Shown: piece after piece, positions 10,220 through 19,611 of the stretch
How positions within the stretch are numbered: the first letter of the stretch is position 1
Layout of the letters: each line of letters starts with the position of its first letter
NCBI GenBank assembly: GCA_934216505.1
Contig: CAKQBW010000002.1
Span: 9,082-73,081 of the forward strand
Length of the DNA stretch: 64,000 nt
Source: an uncultured Alphaproteobacteria bacterium
GTDB lineage: Bacteria > Pseudomonadota > Alphaproteobacteria > CAAHEQ01 > UBA3637
Reading direction: 5' to 3'
Translations under genes and position numbers: made by a program
The notes under the pieces: generated by a model
Databases searched by the model: none
Told to the model about the DNA's origin: nothing
What the model saw: only the letters and a program-made list of their open reading frames with translations

Positions 10220-11274
10220 ATTCCATAATCAATATCTTGGTGGGGATTGTCGGGTCCAGTTTTATTATAGGTGTTTTAATGGCGGGATTGATTGCCTATT
10301 TCGTTATGCATCGTTTGCGGTCTCAACACCACACGCAAGTGCAACTTTTACACAATCTGCCCGTCGGCATGGTTTATGAATACGGGGGACAGTTGGTCAT
10401 GAATAAAGTCCTGTGTTTAATGTGGAATATTGCCAAAAAACCCCATACTTTTGAACAATTTTTGACCTTTATCCCCCCCAATGAACAAAATCGTTTTTTA
10501 AATTATTATACAGGATTAGTGCAAAAAAACCTCCCCTTTGATGCTTTACTAAAGCGGGGACAACAAATCTTTTATATACGGGGACGCCCCTTTGAACACA
10601 GACGTCATCTGTTGTGGATTACAGATATGACTACCCATCAAAAACAATTGGACGAATTAAATAAAAAAATTCAATTGTTAGAAAGACAGAAAAACCTTTT
10701 GCAAGAAGCGTGGGAAAATTTTCCTTTGCCTGTCTTTATTCACCAAGGGGAAAACGATATTATCTTTGCCAATCGGGCGGCCAGCAAAGAAGAAGGAGAT
10801 GTCAGCCAACTGCATTGGTTTCGCTCTGAATTTAAATATCAACAACAAAATTACACCTTGACTTTTGGTCAAGAAACACACACAGAAGAAGAAGTCCAAT
10901 CTATGTTCCGTGAAGTAGCCAGTGCGCACCAACGCCTTTGTAAAGAATTACCGTGTGCAGCGTGTTTATTTAATGCCAAAGGACAGTTGATGGCGTGCAG
11001 TTCAGCTTTTGCCAAATTGTGGAATTTGGACGAAGAATGGTTGAAAGCCCCGCAAGATTACGAAAATTTTTGGGACACGCTTCAGGAAAAAGGCCTGTTG
11101 TCTCGGGTGGTGGATTTTGCCCAATATAAAAAAGCGCAACGGGAACAATTTGCCGAATTGACACAAACCGAAGAAGTTTTCCTGTATTTGCCCGATGGAC
11201 GCATTGTACGTCGTTTAATGATTCCTTTTGCGCAAGGCGGTGTTATTTTGTTGGACGAAGATAAAACAGCTTAA
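10216..11274 (+). CDS. Membrane-anchored protein with two PAS-like segments and no output domain
   Basis: Start ATGA overlaps the yifB stop; AGGAGG RBS; N-terminal TM helix (IINILVGIVGSSFIIGVLMAGLIAYFVM); two PAS-like stretches (PVFIHQGENDIIFANRAASK and CLFNAKGQLMACSSAFAKLWNLDEEW); no kinase or other output domain. Confidence 0.5.
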   Translation: MNSIINILVGIVGSSFIIGVLMAGLIAYFVMHRLRSQHHTQVQLLHNLPVGMVYEYGGQLVMNKVLCLMWNIAKKPHTFEQFLTFIPPNEQNRFLNYYTGLVQKNLPFDALLKRGQQIFYIRGRPFEHRRHLLWITDMTTHQKQLDELNKKIQLLERQKNLLQEAWENFPLPVFIHQGENDIIFANRAASKEEGDVSQLHWFRSEFKYQQQNYTLTFGQETHTEEEVQSMFREVASAHQRLCKELPCAACLFNAKGQLMACSSAFAKLWNLDEEWLKAPQDYENFWDTLQEKGLLSRVVDFAQYKKAQREQFAELTQTEEVFLYLPDGRIVRRLMIPFAQGGVILLDEDKTA

Positions 11275-11279
11275 GTCTT

Positions 11280-13715
11280 TTAAGCCCGCTTTAAGTATTC
11301 TTGGACAATTTGGTCTGTATCGGAAATTTCTTTTTGCAATTTTTCCGCCAATAACACATTCTTATTCCCTGAAGAATAAATTTTCAAATAAGGGCCCAAC
11401 CCTGATAAATCCACATCTAAAATCACAGATTCATGAATCGCAGGACGGGACACCAAAATCGCATACTTTCTGTCCGCCCATTCTTTCCCCAACACAAAGT
11501 TCATTTCACGGGGCGTCAAGTTCCATGTCGCATAGTCAGAGGCATTGGCCTGAGGATTACGGAAAAATACCACGGTTTGACATTGTCCCCGAATCACATC
11601 ACCCAATCCATTTTCGTCCAAAAATTTGGGTTGCTGAAAGGCACACAAATAGGCCTGCCGTTTTTTACGCCCTTCCCTTAGCCCCACGATAAAACTTTCC
11701 TTAAACATCGGGTGTTCCAACATCGGGGCCGTTTCGTCAATCATAATCATAGTGGGCGAACCCGTGGCGGTCGCCAACGATTGGATCCGATGCATCACAT
11801 AACTAATTACCGCTGGCGCCAAAGTGGCATCTTGGAAAATCGTGGTAAAATCAAAGCCCATATAGCGGCTATCCAAGTCCAAATTGTCCGTGGGCGAATT
11901 AAAAATACGGCCATATTGGTCGGTATCAATCCACCGATTCAATTCCCGCCGCATATAACTATTCGGGGCAAAACAAGATTTATATAAGTTCTTTAATAAT
12001 CTTTCGCTTTGCGGGAGGTATTCAAACGCTGTGGTGACAGAACGGGCAATTTCGGCTTCAGATACCGCATCACTGCCCCCTGTAATATCCCGCACCCAAG
12101 TCCGCAAAAAGGCTCTGTTTTCTGGGGTATCCGGCATCGCAAACGGATTTAAAGAAACTGAATCTTCCCCCCCATCAAATTTCACATAAGGGGCCCCATT
12201 CATAATCGCAAATACTTTCGCCCCGTTATTGCGGTCAAAAAAGTAAGTATGCAAATCGGGAATCCGCATCGCCTGCCCCGCCATGAAACTGAAGAAAGTC
12301 GTTTTCCCTTGCCCTGTGGGCCCAATCAAAGCCGTATGCGCCACCGCATATTGTTCTTCAGATACATGGAATTGAAACGCATAGGGCGTCCCTGTAATCG
12401 TCCGGAACCAACTGATGGGCATCGGCCCCCAATCGGATTTCATTCGGCCCGTGGGGGCTCGGTCAATTAAACAGGCGCAGGCCACCACCCGAGAAAGGTA
12501 CAGATAGGTGCGGGGGTACATATCAAAAGTGGGAAACTGGCTGAAAAAAACAGATTGAGCCGACCACCCGTCCCGAATGGGGGTGACATTGTATAACCGA
12601 CAAATGCGTTCCACTTCCTCTTGCCCAAACTTTAGTTCTTCTTTCGTATCCCCGTAAATCAAAATACTTTGAGCATATTCATTCAAAGTTTGTGAATCCG
12701 CATCGTTGGCATCCATCGCTTCTTTGGCGATATCATATTGCTCTAACACACTTTGGGAAAAAGTGGTAAAATGGGCCATACGCTGTTGTTGCATCAACAT
12801 CAAGCTGGCCCTCACTTTGGGCACCCCTTTGACATTGTGGAGCATGGTCATTTCTATGTCCAAACTTAAAAAGTCGGCAATAATTTGTTCGTCCATAAAA
12901 TCCCCGCAACGGCGCACTCCCATCGCTATCGCCAACTTTTCATGGTCGCCACTGAAAAACCGAATAATCCCTTCGTCTTTGGTAAAATGAACATATTCCG
13001 CCGTCAATAAATCGTTTAAAGTTTCCTTGGATTCCCCATGGACCATCGGTTGAGGTTTTGTAATGGGACTCACTAACTTGGCAAAAAGCCAAAAAGGACT
13101 CTTATCTTCGTTATTCAAGTTTTGCTTTTCGCTGAGCAATTTGGGTTCGTACATATCCAAAATAGAAGTCAAAGCCGATCCTGCCTGATCTAAATCCTTC
13201 ATGGCTTCTTTTCGGTCATTCACCGAAAGAACAATATAGTGTTTATTGCGAAAAATACGATGCAAATTGTCCATCCATTTGGCCGCCACCGCCTTTAATA
13301 ATTTGTTGTCTTGATAGGCTTCGGGTTCATTCAAGGCCACCCGTTCCCGCACCGTTATCACACGGGCCACCACCTCTAACTCCGCCATGGCATCTACCCA
13401 CCGTTTGCGGGATTCCAAAAGGGACGCCCGATCTTCGGGTAAAAGGAGGGTCATATCCGCCCCTTTCACTTCATACACACGGGCCAAACCTTGATTGTGC
13501 AAATGAATGGTCGCCCCATCTTCGTCCAAGTATTCAAAGGGTAAAAAGTTTGCTAATCTTGTTTCCACTGGTTTGGGCAAAATCAATTCGCCAATTTTTG
13601 TGATAAAAACAAACACAAAAAATAAAGCCGACAAAACACCGACAATCGCCAATAAAGTGGTGTCTGCTGTCGCTGTTTGATAAAGAAATTCGGCTAAACT
13701 GGCATCTAAATTCAT
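11280..13715 (-). CDS. virB4: Type IV secretion ATPase VirB4/TrbE
   Basis: 811 aa; Walker A LIGPTGQGKTTFFSF; length and architecture typical of VirB4; immediately downstream of virB3. Confidence 0.9.
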   Translation of the reverse strand: MNLDASLAEFLYQTATADTTLLAIVGVLSALFFVFVFITKIGELILPKPVETRLANFLPFEYLDEDGATIHLHNQGLARVYEVKGADMTLLLPEDRASLLESRKRWVDAMAELEVVARVITVRERVALNEPEAYQDNKLLKAVAAKWMDNLHRIFRNKHYIVLSVNDRKEAMKDLDQAGSALTSILDMYEPKLLSEKQNLNNEDKSPFWLFAKLVSPITKPQPMVHGESKETLNDLLTAEYVHFTKDEGIIRFFSGDHEKLAIAMGVRRCGDFMDEQIIADFLSLDIEMTMLHNVKGVPKVRASLMLMQQQRMAHFTTFSQSVLEQYDIAKEAMDANDADSQTLNEYAQSILIYGDTKEELKFGQEEVERICRLYNVTPIRDGWSAQSVFFSQFPTFDMYPRTYLYLSRVVACACLIDRAPTGRMKSDWGPMPISWFRTITGTPYAFQFHVSEEQYAVAHTALIGPTGQGKTTFFSFMAGQAMRIPDLHTYFFDRNNGAKVFAIMNGAPYVKFDGGEDSVSLNPFAMPDTPENRAFLRTWVRDITGGSDAVSEAEIARSVTTAFEYLPQSERLLKNLYKSCFAPNSYMRRELNRWIDTDQYGRIFNSPTDNLDLDSRYMGFDFTTIFQDATLAPAVISYVMHRIQSLATATGSPTMIMIDETAPMLEHPMFKESFIVGLREGRKKRQAYLCAFQQPKFLDENGLGDVIRGQCQTVVFFRNPQANASDYATWNLTPREMNFVLGKEWADRKYAILVSRPAIHESVILDVDLSGLGPYLKIYSSGNKNVLLAEKLQKEISDTDQIVQEYLKRA

Positions 13716-13725
13716 TTAACTTCCT

Positions 13726-14019
13726 TTATGGCGCAAACTTGGCCCCTTTCGTTGGATAAGTGTTCTTGGTGGAATGAGGAAAGCACCGCACCCACGCCAC
13801 AATCATCAAATAAAGATGGGGGTCATAGGAACTGTGCATAATCAAAAAAACATGGGCGATTAAAATGGTAAAAATAAACCAAATAGGGCTGCCTTGCGCA
13901 AAGACCACCCAAAACAACATTAAAGGAAACTGAACAACTAAATTCAACACCGCCAAGTAAAATGGCGCCCAAAAAATACGGGGCGGCATCGCGACAGCCT
14001 TTAAAATTGGTTCTTGCAT
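13726..14019 (-). CDS. virB3: Type IV secretion protein VirB3
   Basis: 97-aa two-TM protein whose size and hydropathy match VirB3; it lies directly upstream of virB4; RBS AGAAGGGAGAA. Confidence 0.7.
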   Translation of the reverse strand: MQEPILKAVAMPPRIFWAPFYLAVLNLVVQFPLMLFWVVFAQGSPIWFIFTILIAHVFLIMHSSYDPHLYLMIVAWVRCFPHSTKNTYPTKGAKFAP

Positions 14020-14192
14020 TTTTTCTCCCTTCTGAAAGTTATACTAGCGCAAATAAAAACAAAAGAAAAGAAAAAAATGACATTTCCCCCAAAAAAGGAA
14101 ATAAATTTTCTTTATTTAAAAAGCAAGCCCCCCATTTTCCCGTCCAAAAACAGAGGCCCGCCCCAAAAGGGAACACCGTCCCACCTACAGGC

Positions 14193-15641
14193 TTAACCCA
14201 ACTTTTTATTCAAAATTTGGTTGGCTAAAGCGGGATTGGCTTTACCTTGGCTGGCCTTCATAATTTGCCCCACCAACCAACCTTTTAATTTTTCTTTTCC
14301 GGCTTTAATTTCTGCCACTTTATCGGGATTGGCGGTCAAAACTTCCTCAACGATTTTTTCAATCGCCCCAGTATCGGTTGTTTGCTTTAAGCCTTTTTCT
14401 TCCACTATTGTCAGCGGGGCTTTGCCTGTTTCAATCATCATTTGAAAAACATCTTTGGCGATTTTCCCCGAAATCGTGTTATCTTCAATCAAACCTACTA
14501 AAGCCCCCAAATTCACCGCACTGACGGGACTTTTAGTTATAGACAGACATTCTTTGTTCAAATAGGCAAACAAATCCCCCATCACCCAGTTCGCCACCTT
14601 TTTCGCTTCATGGCCTTGGGCGGCCGTTTCAAAGTATTGGGCTGTTTCTTTATCCGCCGTTAAAACAGACGCATCATAGGGGGTCAGCCCCAATTCATTC
14701 ACATAACGTGCCTGTTTGACTTTCGGTAATTCAGGTAAGTTTTTCCGTATGTTTTCAATATAGTCGTCCGATAAAAAAACAGGCAACAAGTCAGGGTCAG
14801 GAAAGTAGCGATAATCGTTGGCATTTTCTTTTCCCCGCATGGGCCGTGTTTCACCATTATCCGAATCATAGAGGCGTGTTTCTTGACGCACTGTCCCGCC
14901 ATTTTCGTAAATTTCCACCTGACGGGTGGCTTCCACTTCAATGGCATGCATCACAAAGCGAATAGAATTCACATTTTTGACTTCCGCCCGTGTCCGCAAA
15001 GTTGTTTCCCCCACAGGTCGCACCGACACATTTACATCGCATCGCATAGACCCTTCGTCCATGTTGCCATCACAGGTCCCTAACGCCCGCACAATCGCCC
15101 GTAAATTACGCAGATACTCTCCAGCTTCTTCAGGGGACTTCATATCTGGTTTAGACACAATTTCCATCAAGCCTACCCCTGCCCGATTCAAATCAATAAA
15201 GGTCTTTGTGGGACTCATATCATGGATAGATTTTCCCGCATCTTGTTCCAAATGCAAACGCTCTACCCCAATTTTCTTGGTCCCTTCAGAGGTAGTGATT
15301 TCAATAAACCCTTCCCCCACAATCGGGTGGTACAGTTGTGTAATTTGATAGCCTTGTGGTAAATCCGCATAAAAATAATTTTTTCGGTCAAAGCGGGAAT
15401 AGTTATTGATTTTGGCGTTCAAGCCCATTCCCGTTTTCACGCATTGTTCAATACATTTTTCATTGACCTTAGGCAACATCCCAGGAAAGCCCGCATCAAT
15501 AAAAGACACATGCGTATTTTGTTCCCCACCAAAGGTCGCACTGGCCCCCGAAAAAACTTTTGCTTTGGACAAAATCTCACAATGGACTTCCAACCCAATC
15601 ACCAATTCCCAATCGGTTGTTTTCCCTTTGATTGTATACAT
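14193..15641 (-). CDS. gatB: Asp/Glu-tRNA(Asn/Gln) amidotransferase subunit B
   Basis: 482 aa with family-typical N-terminal [13 protein letters not shown] and a C-terminal GatB/YqeY domain. Confidence 0.9.
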   Translation of the reverse strand: MYTIKGKTTDWELVIGLEVHCEILSKAKVFSGASATFGGEQNTHVSFIDAGFPGMLPKVNEKCIEQCVKTGMGLNAKINNYSRFDRKNYFYADLPQGYQITQLYHPIVGEGFIEITTSEGTKKIGVERLHLEQDAGKSIHDMSPTKTFIDLNRAGVGLMEIVSKPDMKSPEEAGEYLRNLRAIVRALGTCDGNMDEGSMRCDVNVSVRPVGETTLRTRAEVKNVNSIRFVMHAIEVEATRQVEIYENGGTVRQETRLYDSDNGETRPMRGKENANDYRYFPDPDLLPVFLSDDYIENIRKNLPELPKVKQARYVNELGLTPYDASVLTADKETAQYFETAAQGHEAKKVANWVMGDLFAYLNKECLSITKSPVSAVNLGALVGLIEDNTISGKIAKDVFQMMIETGKAPLTIVEEKGLKQTTDTGAIEKIVEEVLTANPDKVAEIKAGKEKLKGWLVGQIMKASQGKANPALANQILNKKLG

Positions 15642-15642
15642 T

Positions 15643-17109
15643 TTATTCCCCTTTCACCCGATGGGGTGTTTTATCAAAATTCGCCTGTTTTTCCAACACA
15701 TCAGCCACTTGGAAAACCGTATTTTCATCAAAATGTTTTCCGATGACCTGCAACCCAATGGGTAAGCCGCCTTCACTCAACCCCACGGGCAAAGACAACC
15801 CAGGCACCCCCGCCAAACTGGCAGGTGTCGTAAAAACATCGCCCAAATACACATCAACAGGCTTCATGTTCTTTAATTCTTGAGCCGATAACGCAGGTGT
15901 CGGTGCCGCTGGGACTAATAATGCATCTACTGTCCGAAAGGCTTCCACAAAATCATTGTAAATCAGACGGCGAACCCGTTGTGCCCGTGTGTAATAGGCG
16001 TCATAAAATCCCGCCGACAACACAAAAGTTCCCAATAAAATACGGCGCACCACTTCGTCCCCAAACCCATCGGTACGGGAATTTTCGTACAGTTCATCCA
16101 AAGATTTTCCCTCCACCCGAGTGGTATAGCGCACCCCGTCATAGCGGGACAAATTCGCACTGGCTTCCGCACATGCCACAATATAATAAACAGGGAGCGC
16201 ATACTTTGTGTGGGGTAAAGAAATATCCACAATCTCAGCCCCTGCGTCTTTTAAAAATTGAATCCCTTTATCCCAAACTTTTGCCACATCAGGATTCAAT
16301 CCTTCGGGTCTGTATTCTTTGGGAATCCCAATCTTTTTCCCCCGAATATCGCCCGTTAAAGCCTGCGTGTAATCAGGGACTTCTTTGTTGGCGCAAGTGG
16401 AATCTTTTTCATCATAGCCCGCCATCGCCCGAAGCATGAGCGCACAATCTTTCACCGAACGCGCCATCGGCCCTGCCTGATCCAAAGAACTGGCAAAGGC
16501 CACAATCCCATAACGAGAACAACGTCCATAGGTGGGCTTTATGCCCGTGATTCCACAAAAACTGGCCGGTTGGCGAATTGACCCCCCTGTATCCGAGCCC
16601 GTAGCCCCCATGCAAAGCCCCGCAGAAACTGCCGCCGCTGAGCCCCCTGAAGACCCACCAGGGACCAAATCCAAATTCCATGGATTTTTCGTGGGACCAA
16701 AATAACTGGTGATGGTGGAGCCCCCCATTGCAAATTGGTCTGTATTTAATTTTCCCAACATCACTGTCCCTGCGTCTTTTAATTTTTGGGACACCGTTGA
16801 TTCATAAGGGGGCACAAAGTTGGACAAAATCTTGCTGGCCGCTGTGGTCCGAACTCCTTTGGTGCAATACAAATCCTTGTTGGCCACAGGAATCCCCTCC
16901 AGCCCACCGACTTTTCCCGCTTGACGACGTTCATCGGATTCTTTGGCCTGCGCCAAAGCCAATTCAGGCGTTTCGGTAATATAGGCATTTAACACCCGCC
17001 CTTTGGCCATTTCTTCCAAATGGGCCTTGGTTAAATCCACACTGGATATTTCCCCTTTGTTTAATAAATCAAGGGCCTCGCTAATTGTTAAATTGACTAA
17101 ATCTGACAT
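15643..17109 (-). CDS. gatA: Glutamyl-tRNA(Gln) amidotransferase subunit A
   Basis: 488-aa amidase-signature enzyme ([14 protein letters not shown]). Confidence 0.9.
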   Translation of the reverse strand: MSDLVNLTISEALDLLNKGEISSVDLTKAHLEEMAKGRVLNAYITETPELALAQAKESDERRQAGKVGGLEGIPVANKDLYCTKGVRTTAASKILSNFVPPYESTVSQKLKDAGTVMLGKLNTDQFAMGGSTITSYFGPTKNPWNLDLVPGGSSGGSAAAVSAGLCMGATGSDTGGSIRQPASFCGITGIKPTYGRCSRYGIVAFASSLDQAGPMARSVKDCALMLRAMAGYDEKDSTCANKEVPDYTQALTGDIRGKKIGIPKEYRPEGLNPDVAKVWDKGIQFLKDAGAEIVDISLPHTKYALPVYYIVACAEASANLSRYDGVRYTTRVEGKSLDELYENSRTDGFGDEVVRRILLGTFVLSAGFYDAYYTRAQRVRRLIYNDFVEAFRTVDALLVPAAPTPALSAQELKNMKPVDVYLGDVFTTPASLAGVPGLSLPVGLSEGGLPIGLQVIGKHFDENTVFQVADVLEKQANFDKTPHRVKGE

Positions 17110-17396
17110 TATTCCACCACCTTTGGGACAACATAAAAACCTTGGATTGATTCAGGGGCATTCGCCATCAATTCTGATTGAATTCCTCCCTCACTCACTT
17201 CGTCAGGACGCATTGGGGCCGATCCTTGGGTAATAGACACCAAAGGTTCCACGCCTTCCACATTGACTTCCTTTAATTCTTCCACCCAATTTAAAATGCT
17301 TTGTAAATCATTTAAAATTTTACCTTCACGTTCGGCGGGCAATTTCAAGCGCGCCAACCACGATAAATTTTGTATCGTTTTTTGATTTAAGTCCAT
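17109..17396 (-). CDS. gatC: Glutamyl-tRNA(Gln) amidotransferase subunit C
   Basis: 95 aa at the head of gatCAB; stop overlaps the gatA start. Confidence 0.85.
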   Translation of the reverse strand: MDLNQKTIQNLSWLARLKLPAEREGKILNDLQSILNWVEELKEVNVEGVEPLVSITQGSAPMRPDEVSEGGIQSELMANAPESIQGFYVVPKVVE

Positions 17397-17461
17397 TTTT
17401 GACTCCTTTGACAGGTTTTTTAATGCCCCTGATTATAGCGACCTGCGCTTTAAAAGTCAAG

Positions 17462-17499
17462 AAAAAACCTCCCCCTGTTGAAAAGGAGGAGGCCTTTTT
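17462..17499 (-). terminator. Rho-independent (probably bidirectional) terminator between the DUF378 gene and gatC
   Basis: Stem CCTCCCC...GGAGGAGG flanked by A-run (17462-17467) and T-run (17495-17499). Confidence 0.45.
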
Positions 17500-17510
17500 C
17501 ACCCTTAAAA

Positions 17511-17753
17511 TTATTCTATTTTCATTTTGGGCGTATAAAAATAATCTATAATCACCCACAAGGTGGCCAATCCCACCAAGGTATATATGATCCGTGTCAA
17601 AAGACTCATCGCCCCGAACAAAAAGCCCACGACATCAAAGTCAAATAAACCTATCAACCCCCAGTTAATGCCACCAATAATCATCAGTAAAACACATGTT
17701 TTTGTAATCCAATTCATTTTTTCCTCCTTTGTTATGGTATCACAATACAACAA
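17511..17753 (-). CDS. Small membrane protein, DUF378-like
   Basis: 80 aa with two TM helices and a GINWGLIGLF motif. Confidence 0.5.
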   Translation of the reverse strand: MLYCDTITKEEKMNWITKTCVLLMIIGGINWGLIGLFDFDVVGFLFGAMSLLTRIIYTLVGLATLWVIIDYFYTPKMKIE

Positions 17754-17862
17754 ATAAGTGTAAAATTTTCATTTTTCAACTTGTTTTTCGCCTTAAAGTT
17801 GTATATATTATTTTTTATCATCCCTTGTGTGATTTCAATGAAAGGAGTTTGTATGAAAAAGC

Positions 17863-18047
17863 AAATCAATCACCACAAAACACCCCCTAATTTTGTCATG
17901 CTAGACCAAAGTATTTTACATTGTTTTAAGGGGGCGATTCAAAGTTTTTCAACCCGAATGCCCCCTTCTGACGCTGTCCGCCACGCCCTCAACAATCAAG
18001 ATTTTTTAATTATTGACAACGATACAGGCGAAATCATCAAAGCCTAA
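17863..18047 (+). CDS. Small hypothetical protein (61 aa)
   Basis: Good RBS AAAGGAG 5 nt before ATG 17863 (MKKQINHHKTPP...); no recognisable domain. Confidence 0.4.
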
Positions 18048-19291
18048 AATTTATATTGAACTTGAACGCCCAAAATATGTGATTGCATATTTTTATATTT
18101 GACGGGCACAGACTTAGTATCGGATGTTTCCCATGCTTTTCCTGTTCGGGCAATCATGTGCGCATAGCCCAAATCCAACTGCCAATTATTTCTCATATAA
18201 CTCATCCCCACACTCATCCAAAAACGATCATTATCTGGAATCCGAATCGTGCGTGTGGCATCGCTGTGGGTCGGACTTTCGTCCCAACCTGTCCCCAAAC
18301 GGAAAGTCAAATTCTTGCAATAGTAATAATCCACACCCGCCGTTAAAGTCCAAGAGTTATCATAGTTATATTCGGACCGTTTTTCACCCCCAGCGGCTGA
18401 CCCCATACGAGGCCATGTGGAAGACATCACAAATTCAGGGAAAGATTGGCTCCAATGCGTCCAACGGGCCGTTCCCGAAAAGCCCACTTTCTTATAACGG
18501 TGATAGGCCGACAAGGTTAAAGTTTCGGGTAAAGCCGGTGAAGCCCGCCCGATAAAAGTCCCATTTGTTAATCCATAAGCAGCATAGGCCGCAGACAAAC
18601 CTGTAATTTTGTGATCCCCTTTCACCTGTTGCGTGGAACGCAACCGATAAGACAATCCAAAGCGGGTGTTTTCGTTGGCTTCATACATCAGCCCAAAGGC
18701 CGCCGTTTTTGTCCAACCGTCTAATTCAAAATCGCTGGTCCCAATCCCAGGCGCCATAATACTGTTTGTCATATGACCATAAATATAACGAGCAATCAAA
18801 CTGACTCCCACGGACCAATTTTGATTCATCTTATAGGCCACAGATCCATTGATATCAATAATATCCAATTTGGATAAAATAGCAGTTGTATTTCCAAACC
18901 AACTGGCATCATATTGTGTTTTCAACCCAAAAGGTGCATAGACCCCTAAACCAATTTTCCATTTATCATTGAGATTATATTGACCAAAAAATTGAGGAAT
19001 CGGGGCCCAAAAATCCATTTTTTTATGCTGGCCCGCATAGGTGTTCAACCCCTCTACATCGGCCCGCAAGTTGATCAAAGACAACCCTGTTTGAAGGCCT
19101 GATTTTTTCATTAAAGTCATCCCCGCAGGGTTAAAAGCAATGGCCGAATAATCGTCCCCCATAATTCCTTGCCCCGCATACGAACGTCCCAATCCTGTCA
19201 CAGAGTAATCATTTAACTGATACCCCCCTGCCACAGCCGATAATGACACAAATGACGCCCCCACAAAGGCAACGATTTTTTTAAAAAACAT
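18044..19291 (-). CDS. Outer-membrane beta-barrel transporter, probable FadL/OmpP1/TodX family
   Basis: Signal peptide then GYQLNDYSVTGLGRSYAG N-terminal hatch; alternating beta-strand pattern; terminal YKF; start refined to ATG 19291 (MFFKKIV), RBS AAAGGAAAA. Confidence 0.7.
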   Translation of the reverse strand: MFFKKIVAFVGASFVSLSAVAGGYQLNDYSVTGLGRSYAGQGIMGDDYSAIAFNPAGMTLMKKSGLQTGLSLINLRADVEGLNTYAGQHKKMDFWAPIPQFFGQYNLNDKWKIGLGVYAPFGLKTQYDASWFGNTTAILSKLDIIDINGSVAYKMNQNWSVGVSLIARYIYGHMTNSIMAPGIGTSDFELDGWTKTAAFGLMYEANENTRFGLSYRLRSTQQVKGDHKITGLSAAYAAYGLTNGTFIGRASPALPETLTLSAYHRYKKVGFSGTARWTHWSQSFPEFVMSSTWPRMGSAAGGEKRSEYNYDNSWTLTAGVDYYYCKNLTFRLGTGWDESPTHSDATRTIRIPDNDRFWMSVGMSYMRNNWQLDLGYAHMIARTGKAWETSDTKSVPVKYKNMQSHILGVQVQYKF

Positions 19292-19380
19292 ACATTTTCC
19301 TTTCGTTATGTTTAAAACGAAAGTGATTGTAGCATATTTGTCATAAATATGCAATCATTTTGTCATAAAAATGTCATAAT

Positions 19381-19611
19381 CTATTTTATTTCTTTAAATT
19401 CCACATCAATGACATCATGCGCCCGAATGGGACGAGAGCGGCTAGGAGGCACTTTTCCCCGCTCCCATTTATGCTTGATCCACGCTAATCCATAAATGCC
19501 CAGCCACACAATCAACAAAGGAATCGCCAAGTACCACATCAATTTTAAAACACAAATCATAACGGCGATGACAATCAAGGTCCCCGCCCATTGGATGAAA
19601 AAATCTTTCAT
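19381..19611 (-). CDS. Small two-TM membrane protein translationally coupled to mutS
   Basis: ATGA overlap with the mutS stop; GGAGG RBS; 76 aa with two hydrophobic helices. Confidence 0.5.
   Translation of the reverse strand: MKDFFIQWAGTLIVIAVMICVLKLMWYLAIPLLIVWLGIYGLAWIKHKWERGKVPPSRSRPIRAHDVIDVEFKEIK

Noticed and set aside
15897-16733. Several 60-180 aa ORFs antisense inside gatA (and similar ones inside mutS at 20122-21231 and in the fused aas gene)
   Set aside because: They are fully embedded antisense in well-supported conserved genes, with no RBS.
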